A stretch of DNA of 56,570 nt from Burkholderiales bacterium (GCA_022758925.1 JAEMQF010000093.1:1-56570); one strand, 5' to 3'; numbered from the stretch's first letter, positions 11,262 through 24,982 are shown. Notes: generated by a model not told the origin, from the letters alone. A program made the numbers and translations.

Positions 11262-12519
11262 GCGTTCGGGCGGCAGGCGTGGGCAAGGTGTTTCGGACCA
11301 CCTTGCCCGCCTTCATCACCAGCCTCAACGAGACCTCGGGTCGGCTCAGCACGCCAACGTCGCGCGTCGGATCGCCGTCGACGATCAGCAGATCGGCCCA
11401 GGCACCGCGCGCGAGGCTGCCGATCCTGCCTTCCTGATCCATCAGCCGCGCTGCGGAGATCGTCGCGCTTTGCACGATCTCGACCGGACTGAGCACCGCA
11501 GCGCGCAGCGAGAATTCTTCGCTCTGGCGTTGATGCATGGCTCCCAACAGGTCGGTGCCCAGGGCGATCGCCACGCCGTGCGCCTTGGCCAGGTGAATCG
11601 ACTCGATTCCCTTGGCGCGCACGCGAGCGAGTTTTTCGAGCATGGCTGCCGACCAGCCGAGCCTTTGCCCTTCGTCGGCCAAGGCCGCATAGGTCGCCAG
11701 CGTGGGCACGAGCCACACGCCCTCCTGCTTCAGGAGTTTGGCGCTTGCCTCGTCGATCAGGTTGCCGTGTTCAATGCTGCGCACCCCCGCCTGCACCGCG
11801 CGCATGACGGCCTGCGGCGAGTAGGCGTGCGCCATCACATAGAGGTTCGCGGCTCGCGCTTCTTCGCAGATCGCACGCAATTCCTCCATCGAATACTGTG
11901 TGCCATCGATCGGGTCGGTCGGGCTCGCGATGCCGCCGCCGGCCATGACCTTGATCTGGTTCGCGCCGTTGCGCACCTGCTCGCGTACGGCACGGCGCAC
12001 TTCGCCCACACCGTCGGCGATGGCACCGTACAGACCCAGGCCGGCGCAGGTGCAGAACATTTCGCGCGCGCCCTTGGGGCGCGGGTCGGCGTGGCCGCCG
12101 GTCTGCGTGATCGGCCAGCCGGCAATGAACAAGCGCGGGCCCGCGAACAAGCCGCGTTCGACCGCCTCCTGCAAACCAAAGTCGGCGCCGCAGGCATCGC
12201 GCACCGTCGTGAAGCCGCGCTGCAGCATGCCTTCCATCACGCCCTTGCTTTGCGCCGTGATCAACGACGGCGGTTGCGCGGCCAGGCGCAGCAGGTCGTG
12301 CGAGACCGCCGTGACATGCACATGCGCGTCGATCAGCCCGGGCAATACGACGCGCCCCGCCGCATCGATGATCTGCGCATCTGCGAAATCGCGCGGCTCG
12401 GATGTGACTTCGACGACTGTCTCGCCCTCGATGACGACGCTGCCGGCCTCGATCAGCACGCCGCGTGGCGCGTCGAAGACGCGGGCATTGATCACCGCGG
12501 TTCGCCGCATCATGCGCAC
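11248..12519 (-). CDS. amidohydrolase-family protein (imidazolonepropionase/Xaa-Pro dipeptidase-like metal hydrolase)
   Basis: 423-aa ORF with the HxH motif GLIDAHVHV. Its 3' end overlaps the convergent amidohydrolase by 14 nt. Confidence 0.8.
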   Translation of the reverse strand: MRMMRRTAVINARVFDAPRGVLIEAGSVVIEGETVVEVTSEPRDFADAQIIDAAGRVVLPGLIDAHVHVTAVSHDLLRLAAQPPSLITAQSKGVMEGMLQRGFTTVRDACGADFGLQEAVERGLFAGPRLFIAGWPITQTGGHADPRPKGAREMFCTCAGLGLYGAIADGVGEVRRAVREQVRNGANQIKVMAGGGIASPTDPIDGTQYSMEELRAICEEARAANLYVMAHAYSPQAVMRAVQAGVRSIEHGNLIDEASAKLLKQEGVWLVPTLATYAALADEGQRLGWSAAMLEKLARVRAKGIESIHLAKAHGVAIALGTDLLGAMHQRQSEEFSLRAAVLSPVEIVQSATISAARLMDQEGRIGSLARGAWADLLIVDGDPTRDVGVLSRPEVSLRLVMKAGKVVRNTLPTPAARTLSVP

Positions 12520-13473
12520 CTAGGTCAAGGCCAGGCGCGCGCGCGCCACACCCATCTCTTGGACCAGGCGCTCGATCAGGGCTCGCGCCGGCAGCACCTG
12601 CTTGACCGCACCGATGCCCTGCCCGCAACCCCAGATGTCCTTCCAGGCTTTGGTCGCGTTGCCGCCAAAATTCATCTTCGTCGCATCGCTTTGCGGCAGC
12701 TTGTCGGGGTCCAGGCCGGCATTGCGGATCGAGCCCTTCAGGTAGTTCCCGTGCACACCCGTGAACAGGTTGCTGTAGACGATGTCATCGCTGTTGCTCT
12801 GGACGATCATGTCCTTGTAGGCCTGAACCGCGCGCGCTTCTTCAGTGGCGACAAATGCGGAACCGATGTAGGCGAAGTCCGCGCCCATGGCCAATGCCGC
12901 AAGCACCGAAGCGCCGTTCGCGATGGCGCCGCTCAGCGCCAGCGGGCCGTCGAACCATTCACGAATCTCCTGCACCAGCGCGAACGGGCTCTTCACACCG
13001 GCGTGGCCACCGGCGCCGGCCGCCACCGCGATCAAGCCGTCGGCGCCCTTCTCGATCGCCTTGTGCGCAAACGTGTTGTTGATGATGTCGTGCAGCACCA
13101 CGCCACCCCAGGCGTGCACCGCATGGTTCACTTCCGGCCGCGCGCCGAGCGATGTGATGACGATGGGCACCCTGTATTTGGCGCACAGCGCCATGTCCTG
13201 GTCCAGGCGGTCATTGCTCTTGTGCACGATCTGGTTGATCGCGAACGGCGCGGCGGGCCGGTCAGGATGCGCGCGGTTGTGCGCCTCGATCGTCTCGGAG
13301 ATTTGTGCCAGCCACTCATCGAGCTGCGAAGCGGGGCGGGCATTGAGCGCGGGCATCGCACCGACGACCCCGGCCAGGCATTGCGCGAGCACCAATTTCG
13401 GGTTGCTGACAATGAACAGCGGCGCGCCGATGATGGGCAGAGGCAGGTTTTGAAGCGCAGCAGGCAAGGGCAT
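12520..13473 (-). CDS. nitronate monooxygenase (NMO / 2-nitropropane dioxygenase family)
   Basis: 317-aa ORF with an FMN TIM-barrel NMO-type sequence (GAPLFIVSNP, AGGHAG). Its stop abuts the next start with no gap. Confidence 0.85.
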   Translation of the reverse strand: MPLPAALQNLPLPIIGAPLFIVSNPKLVLAQCLAGVVGAMPALNARPASQLDEWLAQISETIEAHNRAHPDRPAAPFAINQIVHKSNDRLDQDMALCAKYRVPIVITSLGARPEVNHAVHAWGGVVLHDIINNTFAHKAIEKGADGLIAVAAGAGGHAGVKSPFALVQEIREWFDGPLALSGAIANGASVLAALAMGADFAYIGSAFVATEEARAVQAYKDMIVQSNSDDIVYSNLFTGVHGNYLKGSIRNAGLDPDKLPQSDATKMNFGGNATKAWKDIWGCGQGIGAVKQVLPARALIERLVQEMGVARARLALT

Positions 13474-13498
13474 GAATCGATAGTGCGTGGGTTGCGAA

Positions 13499-15292
13499 TC
13501 AGAACGAGTCGAGCGCGAGCGCGGTCACGCTGTCGGCGCCTTCGACCACGGCGTCGCGCATGCCGGGCACCTTGCTCAGAATGTGATCGGCATAGAAGTG
13601 CGCGGTCGCGACCTTGGCGCGCAGGAATGCCGCATCGCCAGCGCCATGTTGCAACTGTTCGAGCGCAACAACCATGGCCCGTGCCATCTGCCAGCCGGCC
13701 ACGGTGTTTCCGGCGAGCAAGAGGTAAGGCACGGAGCCGGCGAACACGGCGTTCGGATTGCCCTTCGAGGCACCGGCAATGAATTCCACCACCTGCTCGA
13801 ACGCCTGTCGCGCGGCGCGCAGGCGCTTGTGCATGGCACGCGCCGCAACCTGATCGAGCTTGCCGAGTTCGCTTTCCGTGAGGGCGATCTGCGCCGCAAT
13901 TGCCTTTGCAGTTCGTCCGCCGTCGCGCGCCGTCTTGCGCCCGACGAGGTCGTTCGCCTGGATCGCGGTCGTGCCCTCGTAAATCGTCAGGATGCGCGCG
14001 TCGCGCAGGTATTGCGCGGCGCCGGTTTCTTCGATGAAGCCCATGCCGCCGTGCACTTGCACCCCCAGGCTCGCGATCTCGATGCTCATCTCGGTGCTGT
14101 AGCCCTTGATCAGCGGCACCAGGAATTCATAGAAGGCCTGGTTCTGCTGGCGTGTGGCGGCGTCCGGGTGGTGGTGCGCCACGTCGAATGCCGACGCTCC
14201 CACCAGCGCCATCGCGCGGCAGGCCTCGGTGGTCGCGCGCATCGTCATCAGCATGCGGCGCACGTCAGGATGGTGAATGATGGGCACGCTGCCGGGGAGC
14301 GAGCCGTCCACCGCACGCGACTGGATGCGCTCACGCGCGAACGACGCGGCCTTCTGGTAGGCGCGCTCGGCGATGGCAATGCCTTGCACGCCCACGGCAT
14401 AGCGCGCGGCGTTCATCATGATGAACATGTACTCGAGGCCGCGATTTTCCTGGCCGACCAGGTAGGCAATCGCGCCGCCGTTGTCGCCAAACTGCAGCAC
14501 CGCGGTCGGGCTCGCCTTGATCCCTAGTTTGTGTTCGATGCTCACGCAATGGGCGTCGTTGCGCGCGCCCAGCCTGCCGTCCGCGGCGATCAGGAATTTC
14601 GGGCAGATGAACAGGCTGATGCCCTTCACGCCTTCGGGCGCGCCGCTCACGCGTGCCAGCACGAGGTGCACGATGTTGCGAGCCATGTCGTGCTCGCCGT
14701 AGGTGATGAAGATCTTCGTGCCGAACAGCTTGTAGCTGCCGTCGGGCTGCGGCTCGGCGCGAGTGCGCACCAGCGCCAGGTCGGAGCCGGCCTGCGGCTC
14801 GGTCAGGTTCATCGTGCCCGTCCACGTGCCGTCGATCATCTTCGGCAGGTACAAGGCTTGCTGCTCGGGCGTGCCGGCCGTGAGCAAGGCCTCGATCGCA
14901 CCGTCGGTGAGCAGCGGGCACAGCGCAAAACTCATGTTGGCGCTGTTCAGAATCTCGATGCACGCAGCGCCGATCGTCTTCGGCAGGCCCTGCCCGCCGA
15001 ACTCCACCGGGTGTTGCAATCCCTGCCAACCGCCTTCGGCGAATTGCGCGAACGCCTGGCTGAAGCCGGGTGTCATCGTCACGTGGCCGTCGCGCCATGT
15101 CGAAGGGTTCTTGTCGCCATCGACGTTCAGCGGCGCGATAACGCCTTCATTGAAGCGCGCACATTCTTCGAGGACAGCCTGCGCGGTCTCGAGGCCGGCC
15201 TCTTCGAAGCCCGGAATGCGCGCGATGCTCGCCAATGACGCGAGTTCGCGCATGCAAAACAACATGTCCTTGACAGGCGCCGTGTAGCTCAT
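13499..15292 (-). CDS. acyl-CoA dehydrogenase (long form with C-terminal extension domain)
   Basis: 597-aa ORF showing ACAD N, middle and C domains plus a C-terminal extension. It lies immediately downstream of etfBA. Confidence 0.9.
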   Translation of the reverse strand: MSYTAPVKDMLFCMRELASLASIARIPGFEEAGLETAQAVLEECARFNEGVIAPLNVDGDKNPSTWRDGHVTMTPGFSQAFAQFAEGGWQGLQHPVEFGGQGLPKTIGAACIEILNSANMSFALCPLLTDGAIEALLTAGTPEQQALYLPKMIDGTWTGTMNLTEPQAGSDLALVRTRAEPQPDGSYKLFGTKIFITYGEHDMARNIVHLVLARVSGAPEGVKGISLFICPKFLIAADGRLGARNDAHCVSIEHKLGIKASPTAVLQFGDNGGAIAYLVGQENRGLEYMFIMMNAARYAVGVQGIAIAERAYQKAASFARERIQSRAVDGSLPGSVPIIHHPDVRRMLMTMRATTEACRAMALVGASAFDVAHHHPDAATRQQNQAFYEFLVPLIKGYSTEMSIEIASLGVQVHGGMGFIEETGAAQYLRDARILTIYEGTTAIQANDLVGRKTARDGGRTAKAIAAQIALTESELGKLDQVAARAMHKRLRAARQAFEQVVEFIAGASKGNPNAVFAGSVPYLLLAGNTVAGWQMARAMVVALEQLQHGAGDAAFLRAKVATAHFYADHILSKVPGMRDAVVEGADSVTALALDSF

Positions 15293-15370
15293 GACTTTGC
15301 CTCCTCGTGGGCGACCGGGCTGCGCCGGCCAATGGGGCGGACGGGCGAACGATCCAGGTTCGAAGCGCGC

Positions 15371-16303
15371 CTAGAGCGCGCGCACCAGCTCCGGCACGGC
15401 GACGAACAAATCGGCCTCCAGGCCATAGTCGGCAACGCTGAAGATCGGTGCCTCGGCGTCTTTGTTGATGGCGACGATGACCTTGCTGTCTTTCATTCCC
15501 GCCAGGTGCTGGATCGCGCCGCTGATGCCGCAGGCGATGTAGAGCTGCGGCGCGACGATCTTGCCGGTCTGACCCACCTGCCAGTCATTCGGCGCATAAC
15601 CCGCATCGACCGCGGCGCGGCTCGCGCCAAGCGCGGCGCCCAGCTTGTCCGCCAACGGTGTCAGCACGTCGTTGAATTTCTCGCTGCTGCCCATCGCCCG
15701 CCCGCCGGAGACGATGATTTTCGCGGCGGTGAGTTCGGGCCGGTCGTTCTTCGCGATTTCACTGCGCAGGTACGACGATTTTCCTGAATCGGCAACGGCA
15801 GGGACTTGTTCAATGCGCGCCGCACCCGAGCCCGCATCGGCCGCATCGAAACCCGTTGTGCGCACCGTGATCACCTTGATCGCGTCGGCACTCTGCACCG
15901 TCGCAATCGCACTGCCGGCGTAGATGGGGCGCTCGAAGGTGTCAGCGGAGATGACTCTCGTGATATCGGAGATTTGCGCGACATCGAGCGTCGCGGCGAC
16001 GCGCGGCGCAACGTTCTTGCCCGAGGCCGTGGCCGCGAAAAGAATGTGGCTGTAACCCTGCGCCAGCGCGAGCACCTGCGCTGCGGCGTTTTCCGCCAGG
16101 CCGTGTGCGAGGACATCGCTGTCGGCATGCAGCACCTTGCTCACGCCGGCGACCTTGGCGGCGGCGGCGCAGACTGGCGCGCAACCCGACCCCAGCACCA
16201 ACACATGGACCTCGGCGCTGCACAAAGCGGCGGCAGTCACCGCGTTGCGCGTCGCAACCTTGAGGTTCGAGTTGTCATGTTCAGCGATTACCAGAGCGGC
16301 CAT
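15371..16303 (-). CDS. etfA: electron transfer flavoprotein subunit alpha
   Basis: 310-aa ORF with the conserved C-terminal FAD region [17 protein letters not shown]. Confidence 0.95.
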   Translation of the reverse strand: MAALVIAEHDNSNLKVATRNAVTAAALCSAEVHVLVLGSGCAPVCAAAAKVAGVSKVLHADSDVLAHGLAENAAAQVLALAQGYSHILFAATASGKNVAPRVAATLDVAQISDITRVISADTFERPIYAGSAIATVQSADAIKVITVRTTGFDAADAGSGAARIEQVPAVADSGKSSYLRSEIAKNDRPELTAAKIIVSGGRAMGSSEKFNDVLTPLADKLGAALGASRAAVDAGYAPNDWQVGQTGKIVAPQLYIACGISGAIQHLAGMKDSKVIVAINKDAEAPIFSVADYGLEADLFVAVPELVRAL

Positions 16304-16304
16304 G

Positions 16305-17054
16305 TCAGATCACCTTCGCTTCGTTCTTGAGTTTCGCCACGAGCGTGGCCACATCGGGGACCTTGATGCCCGCATTGCGCTTCGGCGGGTCGCTGACCTT
16401 CAAGGTCTTGATGCGCGGCGTGACGTTCACGCCGAGGTCTTCCGGCTTGAAGACATCCATCGTCTTCTTCTTCGCTTTCATGATATTGGGCAATGTCACG
16501 TAGCGCGGCTCGTTCAGGCGCAAGTCGGCCGTGATGACCGCCGGCATCGCCAGGCTCAAGGTCTCGCTGCCGCCGTCGATTTCGCGCGTGACGAGCGCCT
16601 TGCCTTCCGCAATCTCCACCTTGGACGCGAACGTCGCCTGCGGCAGACCGGCGAGAGCGGCGAGCATCTGGCCGGTTTGATTGCAGTCGTCGTCGATCGC
16701 CTGTTTGCCCAGGATTACCAGGCCCGGCTGTTCCTTGTCAAGCAGCGCCTTGAGCAGCTTCGCCACCGCCAGAGGTTGAAGTTCGACGGCGGTTTCGACC
16801 AGGATCGCCCGGTCGGCGCCGATGGCCATCGCGGTGCGTAATGTCTCCTGGCACTGCGTGACACCGCAAGACACTGCGATCACTTCAGTGGCGAAGCCTT
16901 TTTCGCGCAGCCGCACGGCCTCTTCGATGGCGATCTCGTCGAACGGGTTCATGCTCATCTTGACGTTGGCAATGTCAACCCCGCTGGCGTCGGATTTGAC
17001 GCGCACTTTGACGTTGTAGTCGACGACGCGTTTCACTGCGACGAGAATCTTCAT
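16305..17054 (-). CDS. etfB: electron transfer flavoprotein subunit beta
   Basis: 249-aa ORF with the N-terminus [19 protein letters not shown] typical of EtfB. It sits 1 nt upstream of etfA. Confidence 0.95.
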   Translation of the reverse strand: MKILVAVKRVVDYNVKVRVKSDASGVDIANVKMSMNPFDEIAIEEAVRLREKGFATEVIAVSCGVTQCQETLRTAMAIGADRAILVETAVELQPLAVAKLLKALLDKEQPGLVILGKQAIDDDCNQTGQMLAALAGLPQATFASKVEIAEGKALVTREIDGGSETLSLAMPAVITADLRLNEPRYVTLPNIMKAKKKTMDVFKPEDLGVNVTPRIKTLKVSDPPKRNAGIKVPDVATLVAKLKNEAKVI

Positions 17055-17127
17055 CCCCTATCTCCTGGTTGTTCTGTATGTGCCGTGGGTCCGGCGGGCT
17101 GGGTTGGCCTTGGGCGGTGCCTGAATT

Positions 17128-18438
17128 CTAGTGACCCCCGCCGCGCGCCTTCGCCGCGATGATGCCGCGCTCCACGTTCATCGGGATCAGCAGCAGCAAA
17201 CCGATGACGAAGAACAGCGCTGTCGAGACGATCGCCAGGCGGTGATTGCCACCCGTCAGCCAGGTCACGAGGCCATAGGTCACTGGCCCGACGATCGCTG
17301 CCAGACGCGTCGCAAAGGTCCACAGGCCGAAGAACTCGGCCAGTTGCAGGCTCGGCGCGAACGCTCCCGCCATGGCGCGCCCGGCGGATTGGCTCGAGCC
17401 CATGCACAGGCCGGCGATCACGGCAGCGACCCAGAACAGCGGCGCACTTTGCGCCACGGCGGCTAGGATCGTCATCACGATCCAGCCGAACAGGGTCAGC
17501 GCAAGAGCCTGCTTGTGGCCGACCCGGTCCTGGTAGGCGCCGAAGGCGAAGGCCCCCAATGCCGCGGCGATGTTGACGAGGAACACGAGCAGCATCGTCT
17601 CGGCCTGTTTGAAACCCAGCACCTGCTCGGCGTAGACCGCGGCCAGCGCGATCACCACCGAAATCCCAGCCTGGTAGGCGGCGCCGCAGATGAGCAGCCA
17701 GACGAAGTCGACATGCTCGCGCGCCCGGTGCCAGGTTTGCGCGAGCCGGCCCAACGCCGCGCCGATGCCGACGGCCGATGCCGATCCGACCTGCGGCACA
17801 GCGCGCTCGGGCAGTAGCGCGAAGGTGGCCAATGAGGCAATACCGTAGACGGCCGCCGTGATGATCATCGTCACGGGGACGAATTGAGTCGCCGGAATTC
17901 CCTGAGCCTGCGCCCACAGCACATAGGCCAGGCACAGGCCCAGCGACAACATGCCGCCGAAATAGCCGAAGCTCCAGCCCCAACCGGATACGCGCCCCAT
18001 CGATTCGCGCCGCGCCAGTTCAGGCAGGAACGCCGCCGTCAGCGATTCGCCGTAGGCATAGAAGATGTTGGACACGACGATGGCGGTGAAGGCCAGAACG
18101 ATGTCACCGCGGCCGACAAGCGCGAGCAGCAGCGTCGCGATCACGCAGCCAACCGTCGTCAGCATCAGCAAACGCTTCTTCGCAGCGTGAAGGTCGGCGT
18201 AGGCACCGATGGCGGGCATCGACAGCATCACGACCAGGCTGGACAGGCCCATCGCAAGGGTCCAGGCCAGCGTTGCCCACTCCGCGTTGTTCGCGGCGAC
18301 ACCGACGAAGTAGACGTTGAACACGGCCGTCAACACAACCGTCGTGTAGCCCGAATTGGCGAAGTCGTACATCGCCCAGCCGAAGACTTCGCGCTTGCGC
18401 ACCCCATCGTTGAGGGCTTCCTGCGGGAACAGGGCCAT
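17128..18438 (-). CDS. MFS transporter (UMF1/Atg22-like family)
   Basis: The track ORF extends to 18582 only because it reads through antisense tRNA-Leu. The real start is MALFPQEALNDG at 18438, preceded by GGAGG. EVFGWAMYDFANSGYTTVV is typical of UMF1 MFS proteins. Confidence 0.85.
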   Translation of the reverse strand: MALFPQEALNDGVRKREVFGWAMYDFANSGYTTVVLTAVFNVYFVGVAANNAEWATLAWTLAMGLSSLVVMLSMPAIGAYADLHAAKKRLLMLTTVGCVIATLLLALVGRGDIVLAFTAIVVSNIFYAYGESLTAAFLPELARRESMGRVSGWGWSFGYFGGMLSLGLCLAYVLWAQAQGIPATQFVPVTMIITAAVYGIASLATFALLPERAVPQVGSASAVGIGAALGRLAQTWHRAREHVDFVWLLICGAAYQAGISVVIALAAVYAEQVLGFKQAETMLLVFLVNIAAALGAFAFGAYQDRVGHKQALALTLFGWIVMTILAAVAQSAPLFWVAAVIAGLCMGSSQSAGRAMAGAFAPSLQLAEFFGLWTFATRLAAIVGPVTYGLVTWLTGGNHRLAIVSTALFFVIGLLLLIPMNVERGIIAAKARGGGH

Positions 18439-18496
18439 TTGGCCTCCGTTGCTTCGTGGGTGGGGCCGCCCGAGGCGGATTGCCCATGCTTGAGTG

Positions 18497-18588
18497 TGGT
18501 GCCCGAGACGGGAATCGAACCCGTACGCCCTCTTTCGAGCAGCGGCGGATTTTAAGTCCGCTGTGTCTACCAATTTCACCACCCGGGC
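18497..18588 (-). tRNA. tRNA-Leu (anticodon UAA), long variable arm, encoded CCA
   Basis: The reverse complement is gcccgggtggtgaaattggtagacac-agcgga-cuUAAaa-tccgc...acgggttcgattcccgt-ctcgggc-acca. It shows a 7-bp acceptor stem, a TPsiC arm and the anticodon loop CTTAAAA. Confidence 0.9.
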
Positions 18589-18612
18589 GGGCGAACGATT
18601 ATCGGCCGCATG

Positions 18613-18640
18613 AAAAACGGCTCCCGCAGGAGCCGTTTTT
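18613..18640 (-). terminator. intrinsic terminator hairpin after tRNA-Cys (symmetrical, A-run/T-run on both sides)
   Basis: The sequence aaaaacggctcc-cgca-ggagccgttttt forms a perfect 12-bp stem with a 4-nt loop. Confidence 0.75.
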
Positions 18641-18646
18641 CATGGA

Positions 18647-18720
18647 TGGAGGCGCGGGCCGGAGTCGAACCGACCTACACGGATTTGCAATCCGGTGCAT
18701 AACCGCTTTGCTACCGCGCC
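18647..18720 (-). tRNA. tRNA-Cys (anticodon GCA)
   Basis: The reverse complement is ggcgcggtagcaaagcggttatgcaccggattGCAaatccgtgtaggtcggttcgactccggcccgcgcctcca, which folds as a cloverleaf with an encoded CCA. Confidence 0.92.
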
Positions 18721-18767
18721 CTGGAGTGGTGGTCATTGTGCGCGCAAGGCCACGCGCAGCGTTGACG

Positions 18768-18795
18768 AAAAGGGGAAGCGGCTGCTTCCCCTTTT
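18768..18795 (-). terminator. intrinsic terminator hairpin after tRNA-Gly
   Basis: The sequence aaaaggggaagc-ggct-gcttcccctttt forms a perfect 12-bp stem with a 4-nt loop. Confidence 0.75.
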
Positions 18796-18803
18796 CACGA
18801 ATC

Positions 18804-18879
18804 TGGAGCGGGAGAAGAGTCTCGAACTCTCGACCTCAACCTTGGCAAGGTTGCGCTCTACCAACTGAGCTACTCCCGC
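18804..18879 (-). tRNA. tRNA-Gly (anticodon GCC)
   Basis: The reverse complement is gcgggagtagctcagttggtagagcgcaaccttGCCaaggttgaggtcgagagttcgagactcttctcccgctcca. Confidence 0.93.
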
Positions 18880-18919
18880 ATCGCTTGCGCCACGCCCGAA
18901 GGCTGGCCGCAGCCGGCGG

Positions 18920-18925
18920 ATTATA
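18920..18925 (-). promoter_or_regulatory. candidate -10 box (TATAAT) for the tRNA-Gly transcription unit
   Basis: The minus strand reads ...cgtttctatcTATAATccgccgg about 40 nt upstream of the tRNA-Gly 5' end. No convincing -35 element is present. Confidence 0.3.
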
Positions 18926-18970
18926 GATAGAAACGCGCCGGCCAACGGTTGCGCTGCAGTCCCGTGCGCG

Positions 18971-21394
<2,424 letters not shown>

Positions 21395-21418
21395 GAGGAG
21401 ACCTCTCTTTCTCGGACC

Positions 21419-21447
21419 TATCTAGGGACCGAGCCTTCAATTGCAAG
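21419..21447 (-). promoter_or_regulatory. candidate sigma-32 (RpoH) heat-shock promoter of lon
   Basis: The minus strand reads CTTGCAA-13 nt-CCCTAGATA, compared with the consensus CTTGAAA-N13/14-CCCCATNTA. It ends about 25 nt upstream of the lon ATG. Confidence 0.45.
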
Positions 21448-21484
21448 ACGCCAAACGCGCAGAGATCGCGCGCACTTCGCAAGC

Positions 21485-22750
<1,266 letters not shown>

Positions 22751-22905
22751 GAGGAGCTGGGCGCGGGGCGTTGGTGGTGCTGTGGCCGATGATAGTGGAA
22801 ACCGGCAGGCCGTCTTGATGCAGAAGTGAGCTGTCGTTGCGGCTCATCTGCACGCTTGGCCAGGGGCTCGACAGGCGCGCCTCGGCGCGCGCCGGTCGCA
22901 GCAGG

Positions 22906-23514
22906 TCAGGGTCGTTTGTCGATCACCTGGTCGATCAGGCCGTAGCCTTTGGCCTCGCTCGCCGACATGAAGTAGTCGCGCTCCGAATCCTGGCGGATCT
23001 TCTCCAGGGGCTGACCGGTGCGCTCGGCGAGTATGCAGTTCAGGCTTTCACGCAGCTTGAGAATTTCGCGCGCCTGAATCTCGATATCGGTGGCCTGGCC
23101 CTGCGCGCCGCCGGACGGCTGGTGAATCATGATTCTTGAATTGGGCAGCGCCAGGCGTTTGCCCTTCGCACCCGCCGCAAGCAAGAAAGCGCCCATGCTC
23201 GCGGCCATACCCATGCACAGCGTCGAGACCGAAGGCTTGATGAATTGCATCGTGTCGTAGACCGACATTCCGGCACTGACCGAGCCCCCGGGCGAGTTGA
23301 TGTAGAAAGAGATGTCCTTGTCGGGATTTTCGCTTTCCAGGAACAGCATCTGCGCGACGACGAGGTTCGCCGACTGATCGGACACCGGGCCGACGAGAAA
23401 CACGATGCGCTCGCGCAGCAGTCGGCTGAAGATATCGTAGGCGCGCTCGCCGCGGCCGGAGGTCTCGATGACGATCGGTACCAAGCCCAGGTTCTGTGTT
23501 TCCAATGCGCTCAT
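22906..23514 (-). CDS. clpP: ATP-dependent Clp protease proteolytic subunit
   Basis: 202-aa ORF with the active-site Ser context [11 protein letters not shown] and the His context RIMIHQP. Confidence 0.97.
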   Translation of the reverse strand: MSALETQNLGLVPIVIETSGRGERAYDIFSRLLRERIVFLVGPVSDQSANLVVAQMLFLESENPDKDISFYINSPGGSVSAGMSVYDTMQFIKPSVSTLCMGMAASMGAFLLAAGAKGKRLALPNSRIMIHQPSGGAQGQATDIEIQAREILKLRESLNCILAERTGQPLEKIRQDSERDYFMSASEAKGYGLIDQVIDKRP

Positions 23515-23641
23515 GAAAGGCCTCGGGGTAGTGGACGCGAATATCGCGTGCGTCGATTATGTGGCGTCGGCTGCGCCCATGCCCGCACGGCGAGTCGCGC
23601 GGCAGCGCTGACACACGCCTGGTCTGCGCAAAACGCCCGAA

Positions 23642-24949
23642 TCAGCTCGCCATCAATTCATCGAACGGCACGACCTTGTCCGTGACCCTGGCCTTGCCGA
23701 GAACGAACGTGGCGACGTTGTTTTCAACAACGACAGCTTCGATTTCAGCCATGCGCTTGCGGTCGCTGAGATACCAGCGCATGACCTCGGCGGGTTTTTC
23801 GTAACTCTGCGACATCTCCTCGATGTGGGCCTGCAGCTGCTCGGGTTTGGCCTGCAAGTTGTGGCTGCGCACCAGCTCGCCCACCACCAGCCAAAGTCGC
23901 ACGCGCCGCTGCGCCTGGGGCTCGAACGCCTCGGCCGGGATCGGCGCGGTCTCGGCGTCTTTGACGCCACGCTTTTTCAGGTCGGCACGGGCGCCGTCGA
24001 CCAGACGCTCGACTTCGCCCTTGACCAGCGCGACGGGAACGTCCAGCTGGGCGACACCGACCAAAGCGTCCATCACGCTCGCCTTGTTTCGCGCTGCAAT
24101 CCGAAACTTCACTTCGCGCTCCAGATTGCGCCTCACGTCGGCGCGCAGGCCCTGCACGCTGCCGTCCTTGATGTCAAGCGCCTTGGCGAACGCCTCGTTG
24201 ATTTCGGGAAGCTGCTGCTGCTCGATCTTCTTCAACGTGACCAGGAAATCGGCTTCCTTGCCTGCGACGTCCTTGCCTCGATAGTCGGCTGGAAACTGCA
24301 GGGGAAAGGTCTTCGAGTCGCCGGTTTTCATGCCACGCACGGCGGCATCGAACTGTTCGAGCATCTGCCCTTCGCCGATGGTGAACTGGAAGCCTTGCGC
24401 CGTGCCGCCGTTGAACGCGACGCCGTCGATCTTGCCTTCGAAATCGATGGTCACGCGGTCCCCCAACAGCGCCGGCTCGGCGGCCGCGCGCTGCGCAAAG
24501 GTTCGCCGTTGCTTGCGCAAGACATCCAGCGTCTTCTCGATCGCGGCCTCGCTGACCTCGGTGGAGATGCGCTCGACGCTGGTTTGTGCCAGATCCCCGA
24601 GCTCGATCTCCGGATAAACCTCGAACGTGGCATCGAACGTCATTTGCCCGGCAGGTGCGCCTTCCTTTTCCGTGATTCGCGGCGCGCCGGCCACGCGCAA
24701 TTTGGCCTGGGTGACCGCGTCTGAAAAAACCGCGCCCACCTTGTCGTTCATCACTTCGTGGTGCACGGAATAACCGTAGCGCTGCGCGACCACGCTCATC
24801 GGCACCTTGCCCGGGCGAAACCCTGCGGCCTTGGTGGTGCGAGCCAGCCGCTTCAGTCGCGTGTTGACTTCGCTGGCGATCTCCTCGGAAGGCAGGGTCA
24901 GGGTGATGCGACGTTCGAGCTTCTCGAGGGTTTCGACGTGAACTGACAT
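23642..24949 (-). CDS. tig: trigger factor
   Basis: The track ORF runs to 24961. The likely start is MSVHVETLEKLERR at 24949. It contains the ribosome-binding motif GFRPGKVP. Confidence 0.95.
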   Translation of the reverse strand: MSVHVETLEKLERRITLTLPSEEIASEVNTRLKRLARTTKAAGFRPGKVPMSVVAQRYGYSVHHEVMNDKVGAVFSDAVTQAKLRVAGAPRITEKEGAPAGQMTFDATFEVYPEIELGDLAQTSVERISTEVSEAAIEKTLDVLRKQRRTFAQRAAAEPALLGDRVTIDFEGKIDGVAFNGGTAQGFQFTIGEGQMLEQFDAAVRGMKTGDSKTFPLQFPADYRGKDVAGKEADFLVTLKKIEQQQLPEINEAFAKALDIKDGSVQGLRADVRRNLEREVKFRIAARNKASVMDALVGVAQLDVPVALVKGEVERLVDGARADLKKRGVKDAETAPIPAEAFEPQAQRRVRLWLVVGELVRSHNLQAKPEQLQAHIEEMSQSYEKPAEVMRWYLSDRKRMAEIEAVVVENNVATFVLGKARVTDKVVPFDELMAS

Positions 24950-24982
24950 GATAAAAATCAACCTCTCGCTGTTGGTTGTGCT

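Noticed and set aside
11149-13782. 877-aa + strand ORF crossing the amidohydrolase, nitronate monooxygenase and acyl-CoA dehydrogenase genes
   Set aside because: It is antisense to three well-supported genes and runs across their boundaries. Its composition is low-complexity and Arg-rich, so it is a high-GC artefact.
18439-18582. N-terminal 48-codon extension of the MFS ORF (MVKLVDTADLKSAAARKRAYGFDSRLGHH...)
   Set aside because: This peptide is the antisense reading of tRNA-Leu(UAA). The real start, with a GGAGG RBS, is at 18438.
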